NCBI RefSeq assembly: GCF_018350175.1
Contig: NC_058369.1
Span: forward strand, 81,964,001-82,028,000
Length of the DNA stretch: 64,000 bases
Direction: 5' to 3'
Source: Felis catus
Lineage: Eukaryota
The notes beneath the pieces were generated by a model. That model made no database searches. It saw only the letters and a list, made by a program, of their open reading frames with translations, and was not told the origin of the DNA. Shown here one piece after another: positions 35,901 to 48,249 of this stretch; the stretch's first letter is position 1, and each line of letters begins with the position of its first letter. Both the position numbers and the translations under genes were made by a program.

Positions 35901-37254
35901 AACAGATGTTAATGGGCTGACAGCTGGAGGAGTCCACTGGCTTCTCTGAATCCCCCCCCCCCAAAAAAGTGACTTTTACTAACTAATCAACATGAGATTT
36001 TTCACATGGATTTGGACATTCTTCCTAAGATTAAAAACTGTTGTGAAATTAGTTCTGAAGAAAAGTTTACCTAAGCGTCCTATAGGTTTCCTGGATTCAA
36101 AATCCCTTCTCCAGCCCTGTGTCTGTGTCCTGGAAACCCCTGATGACTCTTCATTCTCTATCCCTAGGGCACAGCCCCACATCCAACAGTCCTTTCTTGG
36201 CTGCCTCCACACATCAGCTCCAAGTAACACAGCCAACTGGCTCCAAGTAGGCATCAGTTCCAAGGCAGAGCTTTTGCAGCCCCCATCCGCATCCTCCGAG
36301 GCTCCTGGCCTCAGGTAGCCAGTGAGGGGAACCCAGGCTCCCTTCACACTGCAAATGCTCCAGCTATGGTTAAACCGTGACTTCCTTTTCGGGGTCCTTG
36401 TTGCCTTTTCCTCTTTAACCAAATGGATTATAAGTTTCTGACCCTTGGAACTCAAACAGTTCTCACTAATCCAGGAGGCTTGGAAAGCAAGCACACAAAT
36501 ACAAGGACATGGGAAAACACCGGTGTTTACACACACATACACATGCACACCCACGTGATCCAACCTCACTTCACCTCTATTTCCACGTCAAATGAGGGAA
36601 ACAAAGATTTAAAAGAAGAGGAGAGAGGGATACTGCTTTTACTTGACCCATGGACACAAACCATTAAGTGTACTCCTAATTATTCTCAGCCACTATGGAT
36701 AACACTTTTCCACCATGTTTCCCCTCCTTACACATGCCTGTGGAAGAATGTGATGTTCCACAGAAAGTAAAGTCTTCTGATCTCCCAAGTATAATGTTTT
36801 CCCCATGAGTCACGTTCATTTATTTACAAAAGAGGCTTGAACATCCACGGTGAACAAATCTGGAAGTGTCAATCATTCCTCTAACAAGTCTTTTGTGTTC
36901 ATGACAAATAATTAAGAGCTTAAGGCAGAGAGCTATAATATAGTTTTCATGAAATCCCTTTAGTCTTTCTAGAGGGCATCTTGCAATTCAGATTCCATCA
37001 GGATCATTTAAAGCCATCTATAATGTTCATGAATGGTCACTTTCAGATCCCTACAAAATCAAAAGAAACTCTTTTTGTACCTCCACTACAAGCAGCTCTT
37101 ATAAGGTGTATGGATAGAGAAAGCATGAAGGATTCCAAAGCATGAAGGATGTATGACAAATGCTGACAAGCCAAGACCTCTGTGGGGATTCCTGGGCCCA
37201 TAAATAGTCAATGTTTCAGAATCAACTAATTCAAATGGAATATAAAATTCAAGA

Positions 37255-37570
37255 GACAGCACAGAATAGTAGCTAAAAGCACAGATTCTGGAGCCAGACT
37301 GCCTGGATTTGAATACTGGCTCTGTTGCTTAATAGCTGTGTGACTTTTAGGCAAGTTGCTTAGCCTTTCTGTGCTTCATCATCATAAAAGGGGAAGAATC
37401 ATAAGTGGAACCCTATGAAAGTGCCATTTTTGTTGGTCAGAAACTGGTTGGATATTGACAATTTAATGTGGTTCAATTTAAGTTCCTACCATTTAGGACT
37501 GGTATGAAGATTAAATGTGCTTATTTATATAAAGTACTTAGAACAGTAATGGGCATAAAATGGGCACCAT
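37255..37570 (+). mobile_element. MIR SINE interrupted by a Mariner MITE
   Basis: tctggagccagactgcctggatttgaat...ggcaagttgcttagcc... resumes gattaaatg...aagtacttagaacag. Confidence 0.75.
37402..37481. mobile_element. 80-bp Mariner-derived MITE (MADE2-like)
   Basis: Imperfect inverted repeats taagtggaaccctatgaaagtgcca / tgacaatttaatgtggttcaatttaa; resembles recalled MADE2 consensus. Confidence 0.7.
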
Positions 37571-37583
37571 ACTCATACTGGTT

Positions 37584-37800
37584 TAAATTTTTTTTGTGTG
37601 TTTATTTTTTTTGAAAGAGAGACAGACAGAATGTGAGCAGGGGAGGAGCAGAGTCAGAGAGGGAGACACAGAATCTGAAGCAGGCTCCAGGCTCTAAGCA
37701 GTCAGCACAGAACCTGACTCAGGGCTCAAACCCCTGGACTGTGAGATCATGACCTGAGCCGAAGTCAGACACTTAACCTACTGAGCCACTTAGGCTCCCT
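37584..37800 (-). mobile_element. CAN-SINE
   Basis: Reverse T-tail/(GA)/head. Confidence 0.92.
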
Positions 37801-38602
37801 GATCCTGGTTTAAAATGAATAAATAAAAGAATGAATTACTGGTATATTATTGGATAGATGTATGTGTATAAGTAAACAAAACTGGCTGATAAACATTATG
37901 TAGTGATAGTTATCATAAAGCTTAACACGTGTCAGAACTTAGATGTAATGAACACAAAGCCGATGGGAGCTTATTTGTTTCGTATAAAGGATACTGATTT
38001 ATATACACCTGTTCCCAACTGGACTTCTGTTAATTTTTGTAACTCCTCTAATTTCTAGCACAGTACATGGAATGGAATTTAAAAAATCAACAAATTGTTT
38101 ACTGAATGAACAAATGACCAATTAAATGAATGACTGCATACGCACATGCCAAGGTTGTTTTGAGGCCTGACTTGCTCCTGTTTCAAAGTCCTAAGGGCAA
38201 TTTTTAGCTTCCAAGCACATAAGAATCAGCTCAAGTTCTGACACCCAGCCAGACCCACTTCCTTCTGAGTGTTAACTTTCTCGATCAGATAAACTAAGCC
38301 TGGAGACATCAGAGAAAGATCTTCATGAATCATCTTCACTGGTTCAAAGTATCTTAGCAAGCTGCATGGGGACCAGCCTAGGCTCCCTAAAGTTAGTGAC
38401 AAGGCATAGCATAGTTTAATAATTGGAGAGATCTGGTCTGCAGAGAACCAATGTCAGGCCCATCTCTCACGGTGACGCCAGATACCCAATTTCTCAGACA
38501 CAGGGGATCACATCCTTAAACTCATAATGTGCCAAGACTGGGACCACATGAAGAAGAAAAAACAAATTTCTTACAACAAAAGACAATAGAGCCAAGACTT
38601 AC

Positions 38603-38697
38603 CGGGAGGCAGTGGTAAAAACAAACTCTTGGTAGCTTCCAGAATCCTGGTCATGATGTGAAATACTTTAAATTCAGCCGCACTGGCCCTCCCACTG
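38603..38697 (-). CDS. GSAP: GSAP coding exon
   Basis: acccag|C AGT GGG AGG...CCC G|gtaagt; SGRASAAEFKVFHIMTRILEATKSLFLPLPP; 95 nt (tandem CAGCAG acceptor). Confidence 0.9.
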
Positions 38698-38756
38698 CTG
38701 GGTAAAACAACACAGCCACAGTCAGCCAAGGGTTAATCTCTAAGACCCTGTTTGTA

Positions 38757-38960
38757 GGGGCACCTGGGTGACTCAGTCAGTTAAGCCTCTGACGCTTGAT
38801 TTTGGCTCAGGTCATGATCTCACGTTCGTGAGATCGAGCCCCGTGGGGCTCTGTGCTGACAGTGTGGAGCCTGCTTGGGATTCTATCCTTCCCTCTCTGC
38901 CCGTGCTCCACTCATGTGCACTCTCGCTCTCTCAAAATAAACAAACATACATTAAAAAAA
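38757..38960 (+). mobile_element. CAN-SINE about 60 nt from a GSAP acceptor
   Basis: ggggcacctgggtgactcag head, A-tail. Confidence 0.92.
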
Positions 38961-39386
38961 AATCTGTTTTTCTAAGCAGTGGCTCTGAGTACCTAACAGA
39001 GATGGAATTCATGCTAATGGTGAAAGTCTAGGCCCTGCTGAAAGCCTCATAAGTATGATGGGGACCATCAGTCTAAAGCCTAGAATCTAACCAGACAGAA
39101 GGCACATAAATGATAAATGGTATTAATTGAAATTCCCCTTCCTAGCAGTCCTGAGCTCACACGTCCCTCCCTCCTCATCAACCACATGTCAGGGAAAGAG
39201 GATGGGTGAAGTAACAGGGCGATTCCCTAAATACTGAATATAGAATTAAGATAGACAGTGTCAGGGCTGGTGACAACTGCTGTCAACTGTTAACTTCCAA
39301 AAAAGCTTTGCCCAAACAGGCAGCAATTAGGGTTGTTTTAACTCTTTGCACACCTTGATAAAAGAGAGCAAGAGATACTTGCGTAC

Positions 39387-39457
39387 AAGTGGGGAACGCA
39401 GGGGTGAAGACTGTGTTTTCTCCAACTGGTTTCCATTATCTGGCAGACGAGATCCAG
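39387..39457 (-). CDS. GSAP: GSAP coding exon
   Basis: ctccag|CTG GAT CTC...CAC TT|gtacgc; LDLVCQIMETSWRKHSLHPCVPH(F); 71 nt; donor chosen because it alone keeps frame with the next exon. Confidence 0.85.
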
Positions 39458-40347
39458 CTGGAGGATAAAGACAGCCTGTTAGCCTTTGCCCATACCCTCT
39501 CCCTCAGGGGTCCCTATAGCTAGCCCTCCGCAGGCCTGATGGGCACGCTCAGGGCAGCTGGCACGTGGCCTGTGCCCGGACACAGAACCAGCCTTTCTGC
39601 AGTCCATTCTGAGGCACTGGAATCCAAAATGGAAAGACTGAAAATGCACACCAGAGTCTAACAGAGACCCTTCTGTCTATGCAGGCAGGGCCCCAACTGA
39701 GCTTCCCCAGCCTGGTTAACAGGCCCTCAATCATAGGCCCTCTGCCATCAGTGAAGGTCAAGTCCAACTGGATTTGTTCTAGGCCTGGTACATGACAAAG
39801 GTCAGCGGCTGACAGTGAGAAGAAAGGAGACACAGAAGAGAATGGAGGTCCTGAGTGTCGACTGTGGAGTAAGACTGCTTTCAAGTCCAGGTCATACATT
39901 TGACTAGTTTGTCAGCAACAGAGCAGTCTCTGTGGGGCTGTTGCCAGCCATGAATCCATGCACTACACGTGTAGGCTTAAGGACGGGGGGCTCAGGGGGT
40001 AAATCAGAAAGGATCTCCATACAGGCACAGGCATAAGAGTTTATTCTCAGTGACAGAGATTCTCAGTTTCTCTTTGGCTGAAATCAGGTAAGATAACTCA
40101 TAAGCAATATAGTCTGGTTCTGCAGCAACTTCCTCCATTTGTTTTAGAAAGCCTGTTTAGCCACCCTCCTGAGAGGATTGGGAGACAAGGCTATTTGCTG
40201 CTGGGCAGGAGCAGGTGGATTTGGCCTCCATCAGTGGCAGCCAAGTCTAGTCATGGGTATTGAGTTTTCTGAGGCTACAGCTCTACCACTTCTGGTCCTA
40301 TTAGTTCTGGTGGTTGTTAACACAAACTGCTGTTAAAAGTTTTATGT

Positions 40348-40568
40348 GGAGGCGCCTGGGTGGCTCAGTCAGTTGAGCGTCCGACTGCAGCTCAGGTCAC
40401 GATCTCATGATCTGTGGGTTCGAGCCCCATGTCGGGCTCTATGCTGACGGTTCAGAGCCTGGAGCCTGCTTCCGATCCTGTGTCTCCCTCTTCTCTGCCC
40501 CTCCTCCACTCTCACTTTATCTCACCCTGTCTCTCAAAAATAAATAAATGTAAAAAAAAATTTTTTTT
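40348..40568 (+). mobile_element. CAN-SINE
   Basis: aaagtt(t/g)tatgt flanks. Confidence 0.92.
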
Positions 40569-40814
40569 AAAGTTGTATGTGATTAACTGTAAGGAAGCAT
40601 GACGCCTGAACAAAAATCCTTTAACATATTGGAAGGTGAAATTTAAAGTCAACAGAAGGAATGATGACAGATGGACATGTTAAATAATTGTGTTATTAAA
40701 GGACAAAGAAAGCAAGTTAATGTCAGCATGGGAAGATCAAGAACACGTTCATAAATTGAGTTCCTGGGTATAGTTTTACTACAAAGAATTATTATTTAAT
40801 AAAGTTTCAATGCC

Positions 40815-40950
40815 GGAGAGCCAGAGCTACTCAGTCGGTTAAGCGTCTGATTCTTGATTTCAGCTCAGATCATGACCTCACGGTTCATGAGTTTGAGCCC
40901 TGCATTGGGCTTTGTGCTGACTGTGTGGAGCCTGCTTGGGATTCTCTCTC

Positions 40951-40994
<44 letters not shown>

Positions 40995-41070
40995 CACCCA
41001 CCTCCCCCCCCCCCCACACACCGCTTGTGGTCTCTTTCAAAATAAACAAACAAATTTGGGGGAAAAAAAA
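40815..41070 (+). mobile_element. CAN-SINE with degenerate head and long (CT)n/C-run
   Basis: ctcagtcggttaagcgtctgattcttgatttcagctcag... Confidence 0.88.
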
Positions 41071-41188
41071 GATGAAGAAGAAGGTTTCAATGCCCTGCTT
41101 GTAAATATCAATATATGAGGATTCCAACCTCTCCTAATGTATTAAAAACTGTGAAATTCAAAGATACTATTTAAAAAGACACTGGTGA

Positions 41189-41414
41189 GGGGCACCTGGG
41201 TGGCTCAGTCGGTTGAGCGTCCGACTTCGGCTCAGGTCATGATCTCGTGGTCTGTGAGTTCAAGCCCCGCATCAGGCTCTGTGCTGACAGCTCAGAGCCT
41301 GGAGCCTGTTTCAGATTCTGTGTCTCCCTCTCTCTCTCTGCCCCTCCCCTGTTCATGCTCTGTCTCTCTCTGTCTCAAAAATAAATAAAACATTTAAAAA
41401 AATTAAAAAAAAAA
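41189..41414 (+). mobile_element. CAN-SINE
   Basis: Perfect 17-bp TSD TAAAAAGACACTGGTGA at 41172-41188 and 41415-41431. Confidence 0.95.
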
Positions 41415-42268
41415 TAAAAAGACACTGGTGATTGTAATAAAGGCAGAAAACTATAAAAGGTAATAAAATTAAACAAGAAATTCAATCAGGGCTATACCTA
41501 ATACATATATGCAAACATGTATGTTCACACACTGGTCATTTGCATACTGTTCTTACCCAAACTTTGAGAAATGGAGTGTTCTTTCTCTTTATGTGAATTT
41601 AAATACTTCAAGAAACTGGTCTACCACACTATTTCTAGGTTCTTAGAAGGGTCACACCTGAACTCCATACACTTTCTGAGAGACTCAAGACTGCCTCAGA
41701 ATTCAAACTGGTCACACCACTTCTATTTACACATGGACTGGTGTTATTAATTTGGATCACACAACTTCAGTGAGTGACTACTGGCTACTGAGTAGATAAG
41801 CTACCAATCCCACCAGCAGATTCTAATGTGGGAGTATTCATACAACTGAGCTAGAATCTGGCCTAATTGGGCTGTTAGGCACTCATTAAGAATTTAAGTT
41901 CAAGTTCTCTCATGTCTTCATAAACCTCCATGTACAGAAATCATTACCTATGGTTTAATAAGGAGTTAGAAGATGCCAAGATGACATATGACATATGAAC
42001 ATTTGGCAACCATGCCAAGTTCATTACTGTTCTATCCTTCCATGAACATAAAAATCACCATTTGAAGGAACTGCAATAAACTACTTTCATAACATTGCTT
42101 TTTTGGTTCTTTTTTCCCTTTATTCAATCTCCAGCACCAAATATACTGGTTTGAGGATAGGAAATCTGTAAAAAACCTAATCTGAAAAACTGAACCATAT
42201 ACTGGGAGCTACATACTGGGAGACCAGGGTGGAAGGAGCATGATAGAGAACAAAAAAGCAAAACTAAC

Positions 42269-42364
42269 CAGTTTTGAAACATAGTCCAGAGCCATCTGTT
42301 CAATTTTCTTCTTTTCTACACCCTGTAGGTGTCTCAGAAGATGGTCTTTTAGCTCAGACACCAT
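42269..42364 (-). CDS. GSAP: GSAP coding exon
   Basis: tttcag|ATG GTG TCT...AAA CTG|gttagt; MVSELKDHLLRHLQGVEKKKIEQMALDYVSKL; 96 nt. Confidence 0.94.
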
Positions 42365-43229
42365 CTGAAAACAGGATACAGATTAGATAAGTCACAACCT
42401 GCCCACTCACACCTGCTACTGGTTTAAACTAGACCCATTTATTAACACTCTTTACCAATATGAAAAATACTGGGTCTGAAGGTCCCACCAGCAGAAATGT
42501 ACAAACCCATAGTGTTACTTCAATAGGCATAAGTCAAGGGCACCAACGTTCTCCTCAAGAGGAACTACTGATGATTCCCTCAGTGAGCAGCCAAGAATCA
42601 GATTCCCAGCCTTAATTAGAATTCTCCAGAGAAGCTGGGCAAAACCATTAACTTAGAAGTCTTTGGGATGTACCAGATGGTTGAAGTCTAGTGCTCCCAG
42701 CCCTGGAGAACTAAAAGGAAATACTCTAATCATAGAACAACTGGGAGTTGGAGGGGGAGAGGCATGGTGTGGGACCTTTAGAAGGACACAGGCAGGAGTA
42801 AAAAGGAAATGCATCAGATACCTCCCTCTGCGCAGTGGTTACAGACACTGAATAAAGCCCCTACATGGAAAAGTAATGAACTTATTGATTCTATTGCCTC
42901 CAAACAGGCTTGTATACCTACTCTGTTCTTGGAGCTCACCAATCAGTGTGGCATCCCAGCCCTCCCCACCTTTTGTTTTTCTGTCTCCTTCCTTTCTTTT
43001 CCCCTCCCCTTTGTCTAGATGCCCTACTCAGCTAGATGCCCTCCTGGCTAGAGAGATTTTTGCATGAATAAACACCATGAGAATCGTACAATTGACATTA
43101 TATGTGCACATATCTTCTATTTTAGCAGATTTGCATGTATAACATCCTAAGCAAAACTTAGCCTGTGGCATTCTGGGCCATGTGTTCATCAATTAGGCTT
43201 AAAATTTTTTGATTTATGACTACTGCATG

Positions 43230-45320
43230 CTTTTTTGTGCTTTTCAATTTTTCTATAATAGCCATAAAGATGAAAATTTAAGTCACCCATAATCCTATCA
43301 TCTATGTTAACATTTTGAATTTTTTATTTTCCTTTTCTCTAGTGTGCACATTCATTCTAATGTTTCCTAATTTGGTTTTTTTTTTTTCATATAATAGTTT
43401 ATGTCACTAAATATTCTTAACCACACAGGTTGTGATGGCTGCACAGTATTCAATTTTAGGAAAGTACTAGAATTATTTATTCCCTTCTTACACATTATGA
43501 GATGCTTCTTATGCAAGTGTTAATAGTACTGAAAAAAATCCTTATACAATATTTGTTTGCCATATCCCCAATTATTTTCTCAGGCTAAATTCCTAGAAAT
43601 GGAATTTGTTGGGTCACATACTTAAGGTTTGTAGAGACACTGCCGAAAGACACAGAGACACTGTGATTATACTAATTTTTAGCCACATCACATGAGACTG
43701 CCCAATTTCCCATATGCTGAACTTTGTAATTTTTAAATTTTTGACAATTTGATACACACATACATAATTTTTTTATATTAGATTCTTTAATCTATCTAAT
43801 ATTTTTGTTGGTTTATGCTATAAAGTAGTGGTATTTGGGATAGGGGGACTTCAATTGTCTTTTCCAAATAGCCAGTCATTGATTGAAAATTCTTTCTTTC
43901 CATGGTGATTTTTAAATGCCTCATTTATGATACACTGAACATTCAGATTAAAACTAGAGTCTCCGGACGGTCTATTTTGTACAAGCACCACATTGTTTCA
44001 ATTATCGTAGCTCAACAACATACTTAGCTATCTGGCAATGCTAGTTCCAGTCCTCTTTGTCAAGTGAGTCACTTGGTCAACTGTCAGAGAAATTTCATTG
44101 GCTTGTTAGTTGTAATTTTATTAAACCTAGAAGCTAAGGATTTGGAAATGGAATAATGTTTTTCATTTCCTTTTCTAACTGGTTAATCCTAATAAAAAAG
44201 AAAATAAATTTAGAATCACCAGCTTATTAACTTTTTCCTTATTATTTCCCATTTCCCCAGTTGATTATTTTATTTGTTTATTGCACTGGACAATCATAGC
44301 ATCTTCTTTTACTTTTGTTTCTTATTGCACTGTATAGAATTGCTAGAACAATATAAAATTTTAGTGAAAATAGCAAGGATCCTTAACTTCCTTCTGATTT
44401 TAACAGGAATGCCCCCAACATTCCATTAAGAAGGGTGTTAACCATTAGTATTAGAATATCTTTTTGCCTAATTGATGTATTCCAGGAGTGGGATTTTACT
44501 TTTATCAATTTTAAGCACCTATAAAGATGATCTTTTTTTTCCCTCTTTGAACTAGTGATATGATGAATTACATTAATGTATTTGCTAATATTAAGCCTTC
44601 CTAGAAAAAAGCCCACCTGACCATGCCATATTTTTCAAATGGACAACTGGAAAATATTTTAATTAAGCTTGTGGTATCTATGTTTATAAGTAAAAGTGGT
44701 CATTGTTAGATTTTGGTTTTAAGGTTATGCTAGCTTAATAAAGTGACTGAGAAGCTTCCCATTTTTTTTCCCCCAAAAAATAATTTACATAGCATGGGGA
44801 TGATCTAGATCCTTAAGATCTAGATCCTTAAGCCAGTTTGAAAGAACTGACTCATTAAATAATTTGGTGACGTTTTTGGAGATAATTTTTGACAATTTTT
44901 TCAAATTATTTATGGTTATTGTGCTTTCAAGGACTTCTATTTCTTCTTGGCTCAAGTTTGGTATTTCTCTTTATTAAGGAAAATTTAACTGGAATTTTCA
45001 AATGTGTTTTTCTCATATTTTAAAATTTTCCATAATTTAACGTAATGGATTACCCCGTTCCTAAGCCTGTACAGTATTAAAAATATTTTATTAAACTTGT
45101 CAAATGTCTCTTTAATCATTTTTAAAACATATTTTGGATTTATTTACCAATTCCGCTCTTACAGTAATTTATATAACTCTCTTTGGTCTTCCTACAGTAG
45201 GACTTCTTGAGAAAGAATACTTTATTCTGTTGTGTTTTAAACCCCAAATACAAATGCCACAGAGACATTGTTCTTCCCTTGTTTCAAAAACTCAGTGGAG
45301 TACATTTCTTTATGATGTTC
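43230..45320 (-). mobile_element. Very old L1M (L1ME-like) ORF2 relic, approximate
   Basis: T-rich with antisense L1 motifs (ttcctagaaatggaatt..., gcaccacattgttt...gtagct, ctgattttaacaggaatg). Confidence 0.55.
44802..44831. repeat. Perfect 15-bp tandem duplication
   Basis: GATCTAGATCCTTAA x2. Confidence 0.92.
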
Positions 45321-45393
45321 CGTAATTATATATTTTGGGGGGTGACTGATTTATGTATGTCTCTCCCACTAAACTATAAATTCTAAAAGTGCA

Positions 45394-45601
45394 GGGGTGC
45401 CTAGGTGGCTCAGTTGGTTAAACTTCTGACTCCAGATTTCAGCTTCAGGACCTCATGGTTCATGAGCCCAGCGTTAGGCTCTGTGCTGACAGTGTGGATC
45501 CTGCTTGGAATTCTCTCTCTCTCTCTCTCTCTCTCTACACCCCCCGCCACTTGCACGTGCTCTCTCTCTCTCTCTCAAAATAAATAATTAAACCTTAAAA
45601 A
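45394..45601 (+). mobile_element. CAN-SINE inserted in an L2 3' end
   Basis: Perfect 16-bp TSD AAATTCTAAAAGTGCA at 45378-45393 and 45602-45617. Confidence 0.94.
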
Positions 45602-45689
45602 AAATTCTAAAAGTGCAGAAATATTATCTGTGTTGCTTAACCACTGACCACACAGGGCCTACAGGGCTGATAACAGCTATATGTTAAAA

Positions 45690-45751
45690 GAATGAATGAA
45701 TGAATGAATGAATGAATGAATGAATGAATGTGAATGAAAAGAATGAATGAA
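45690..45751. repeat. (TGAA)n tetranucleotide STR, probably an L2 tail
   Basis: About 10 pure units, then degenerate copies. Confidence 0.92.
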
Positions 45752-45845
45752 AGATAAGGTTAGCATGAGAAGTACAATCTAGCCCTTTCCCCTTTTCTTG
45801 AAGCCTACCATTTTCCAGCACCCAAATGGCCCACAGACCGCTTAC

Positions 45846-45907
45846 CAGACCCATAAGCAGTCTCTGGTGGTTGTCCGCCTCCTGGAAGAGGGGTGTTAAT
45901 CTTGGCT
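45846..45907 (-). CDS. GSAP: GSAP coding exon
   Basis: tttcag|AG CCA AGA...GGT CTG|gtaagc; (E)PRLTPLFQEADNHQRLLMGL; 62 nt. Confidence 0.94.
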
Positions 45908-48217
45908 CTGAAATTAAACAGAGCACGAGTCAAGCAGAGTGGTTTTCAGAAAATGGGCTAGAAGAAGAGAAATCAGCCTGGGTTTCCCTTCTCTGACTTA
46001 TTGGGAAAACTGAACACTTTGTTGATAGGATGAAATTTTTCATTACATGTGTGACCTATTCCTACAAGCTGAACTTATCACTCAGGTGATACGCAGCTCT
46101 ATTCTAACAGAGGTAGAGACTAGGAAAGAAAGAAAATGAGGAACACATTTCCCAACACCAATAGGATCTGGCTTTGATTCCTCTTCAACATGAAAACTCA
46201 CCACTAAGAACCTCTGCTTCACTGGTGTCAGGGAGACTTGCGTCCTCTCTTACTGCCAAGGAGGGCATAACTCAGGGACAGGGACTTGGTGAAAGGATTG
46301 CATGACTCTCTTCTTTGTGACCCCTTGTAGTTTAGTGACCTTGAGAGTCACAGAACTGAGGGGACCTGTCAATTCCTGCATCAAATAATACTAACTGAAA
46401 CAAGTTATCCAACTAAAAGGTAACTAGATCAAGATGGGAAAGTGACAGGGAAGGGGCAGGCAAGCACAGTCTCACTAGATGTGCCCTCACACTCCTCTAA
46501 CAGCACCTGGGTGCCCTGCTCCTCCTCTCCTGCAGCACCTGAGCCACAGCACCTGTCAAGAGAGCAGAACTTCCCCACTCAGCAGGCTGGTGACCCTATG
46601 TGGGATGGCACAGAGGCCTCTTGACCTCTTTGGATAAATTCTACTGGATCCTACACAACCTTCCTGATTTAGATGAAGTCATTCCAGACTTGACTCCAGC
46701 AGTCCTGAATTTCACACAGATTGTTCTGTTTCTGTTAGCAATGACGTTCTTCCTAGGAAACTAGTACAAACTAAGCACGTGAGAGGAAGGGACAAGTCCC
46801 TAATGTGCCCTCAAAAAGGATACTGGTCACAGGATGCAAACTGGCCAAAAGTACAGGGGCAGGAGTGACGGACACGACAAAATCCTGGACAACCAGCAAC
46901 ACTTCCCAGATTGCAACATTCCCAGCAGTACGTGGAGGGTGAGCATGAATCAGACACATTCACACCCTGGCCGCTGGGCAGGACTCTGGCTAGTGGCAGA
47001 ACCCCCTGGCTTCAGGCATGGATGGCCTGGTAACACAGGCTGAGGATGGTTCCCTTGGGGCTGTTCAGTGAGCACAGGCTCTGTCGGCCTGGGCTGGATG
47101 ACAAGTTCACTATCATGGTTCGCATGGGCTGTGCACACAGCTGCAGGATGTACCCCAACACACTATATAAAATAATTTCTGTTAGGGCCACCCAATATGC
47201 ACCTAAACACCTGAGCCTATAAAACAACAGTGGGATATAAAAATAACAGCTTTTCAAATGGAGGCTGGCCTCCATGAGGCATGAAAGAGTTCCAGGGGCA
47301 AAACCACAGAAAACTTGTACCTGGGTATGCTTAACATTCTCTTCCCCCAGTTTCACCTGGACAAACACCCTGTTCATCAAGACTTACCTCAGACGTGGCT
47401 CCCTCTGGGAAGGCTTTTCTAACCTCACTCTCCTCCCCAGTCACCCCCACTCCTGACCCACTCCCTCCCCCACTATGGTTCTATAACACCTGTCACCTGG
47501 TTTAGAAACCATGTGTTAGCACCTCTTCCTCACACATTCATGACAAAGCAGCCACCTCAGGTATCCCCTGCACCAAGCGCTGTGCTGTATGAGGCACTAT
47601 AAACATCAGCCCATTCACTCTCATTTTCTCCTCACCTTGCCCTGAAAAGGATAGCGCACAAAATGAATAGACGGCTTGCCCGGGAGCACACTGAAAGCAC
47701 TGTGGACAAACTGGAAGTCAAGCCAAGTTCTGTCCAGGTCCAAGCCTGTGCTCTTCCCCTATAACCACACAGCTCACCCAGAGACTCCTCATCTTTGTAC
47801 CCCTATGGCCTAGCCTAGTGAGTGCCCGAGTGTTAACCAAGTCACAGACTCTCGCATGATCAGCCCGCTGGAAAGAAATCAGCTCTAGGCCAGGGGAACT
47901 GCCCAAGTGCATCCTGTGGGTACAGCCACAGGGCATGGTAATTAGATCAAGTCCATGAAGAAAAATAATGAAAACCACAAGGCTAACACTGAAGGACTGG
48001 CCCAGCAAAAGTACATTCAGCAGCTGCCCCTGCAGGTCCTGGTGCCAAGACAGACAGGGAAGGAGCTGGGTGGTCCCTCTAACAGGAAGAGATTCAAGGG
48101 TACTGCCTTCATTACACTATTGGGTGTGATTTTCTTGCCAACTCACAGTGGTAGGAAAGACAGTGTTACAAACCAAACACTGACATCCAGAAGGCTTTAT
48201 TATAGGTCTTTTCTTAC

Positions 48218-48249
48218 CCAAATTCCTTGCTTCTAGGTTAGAAATCACC
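48218..48249 (-). CDS. GSAP: GSAP 32-nt mini-exon
   Basis: ttgtag|G GTG ATT TCT AAC CTA GAA GCA AGG AAT TTG G|gtaaga; VISNLEARNL. Confidence 0.92.

Noticed and set aside
35979-36569. 196-aa minus-strand ORF in a GSAP intron (longest in track)
   Set aside because: No recognisable protein, non-ATG start, low-complexity CA-derived start; GSAP frame is complete without it.
37120-42210. Small direct repeats (aaagcatgaaggat x2; atgacat x2; catactgggag x2)
   Set aside because: Short, imperfect or spaced; expected background of slippage events.
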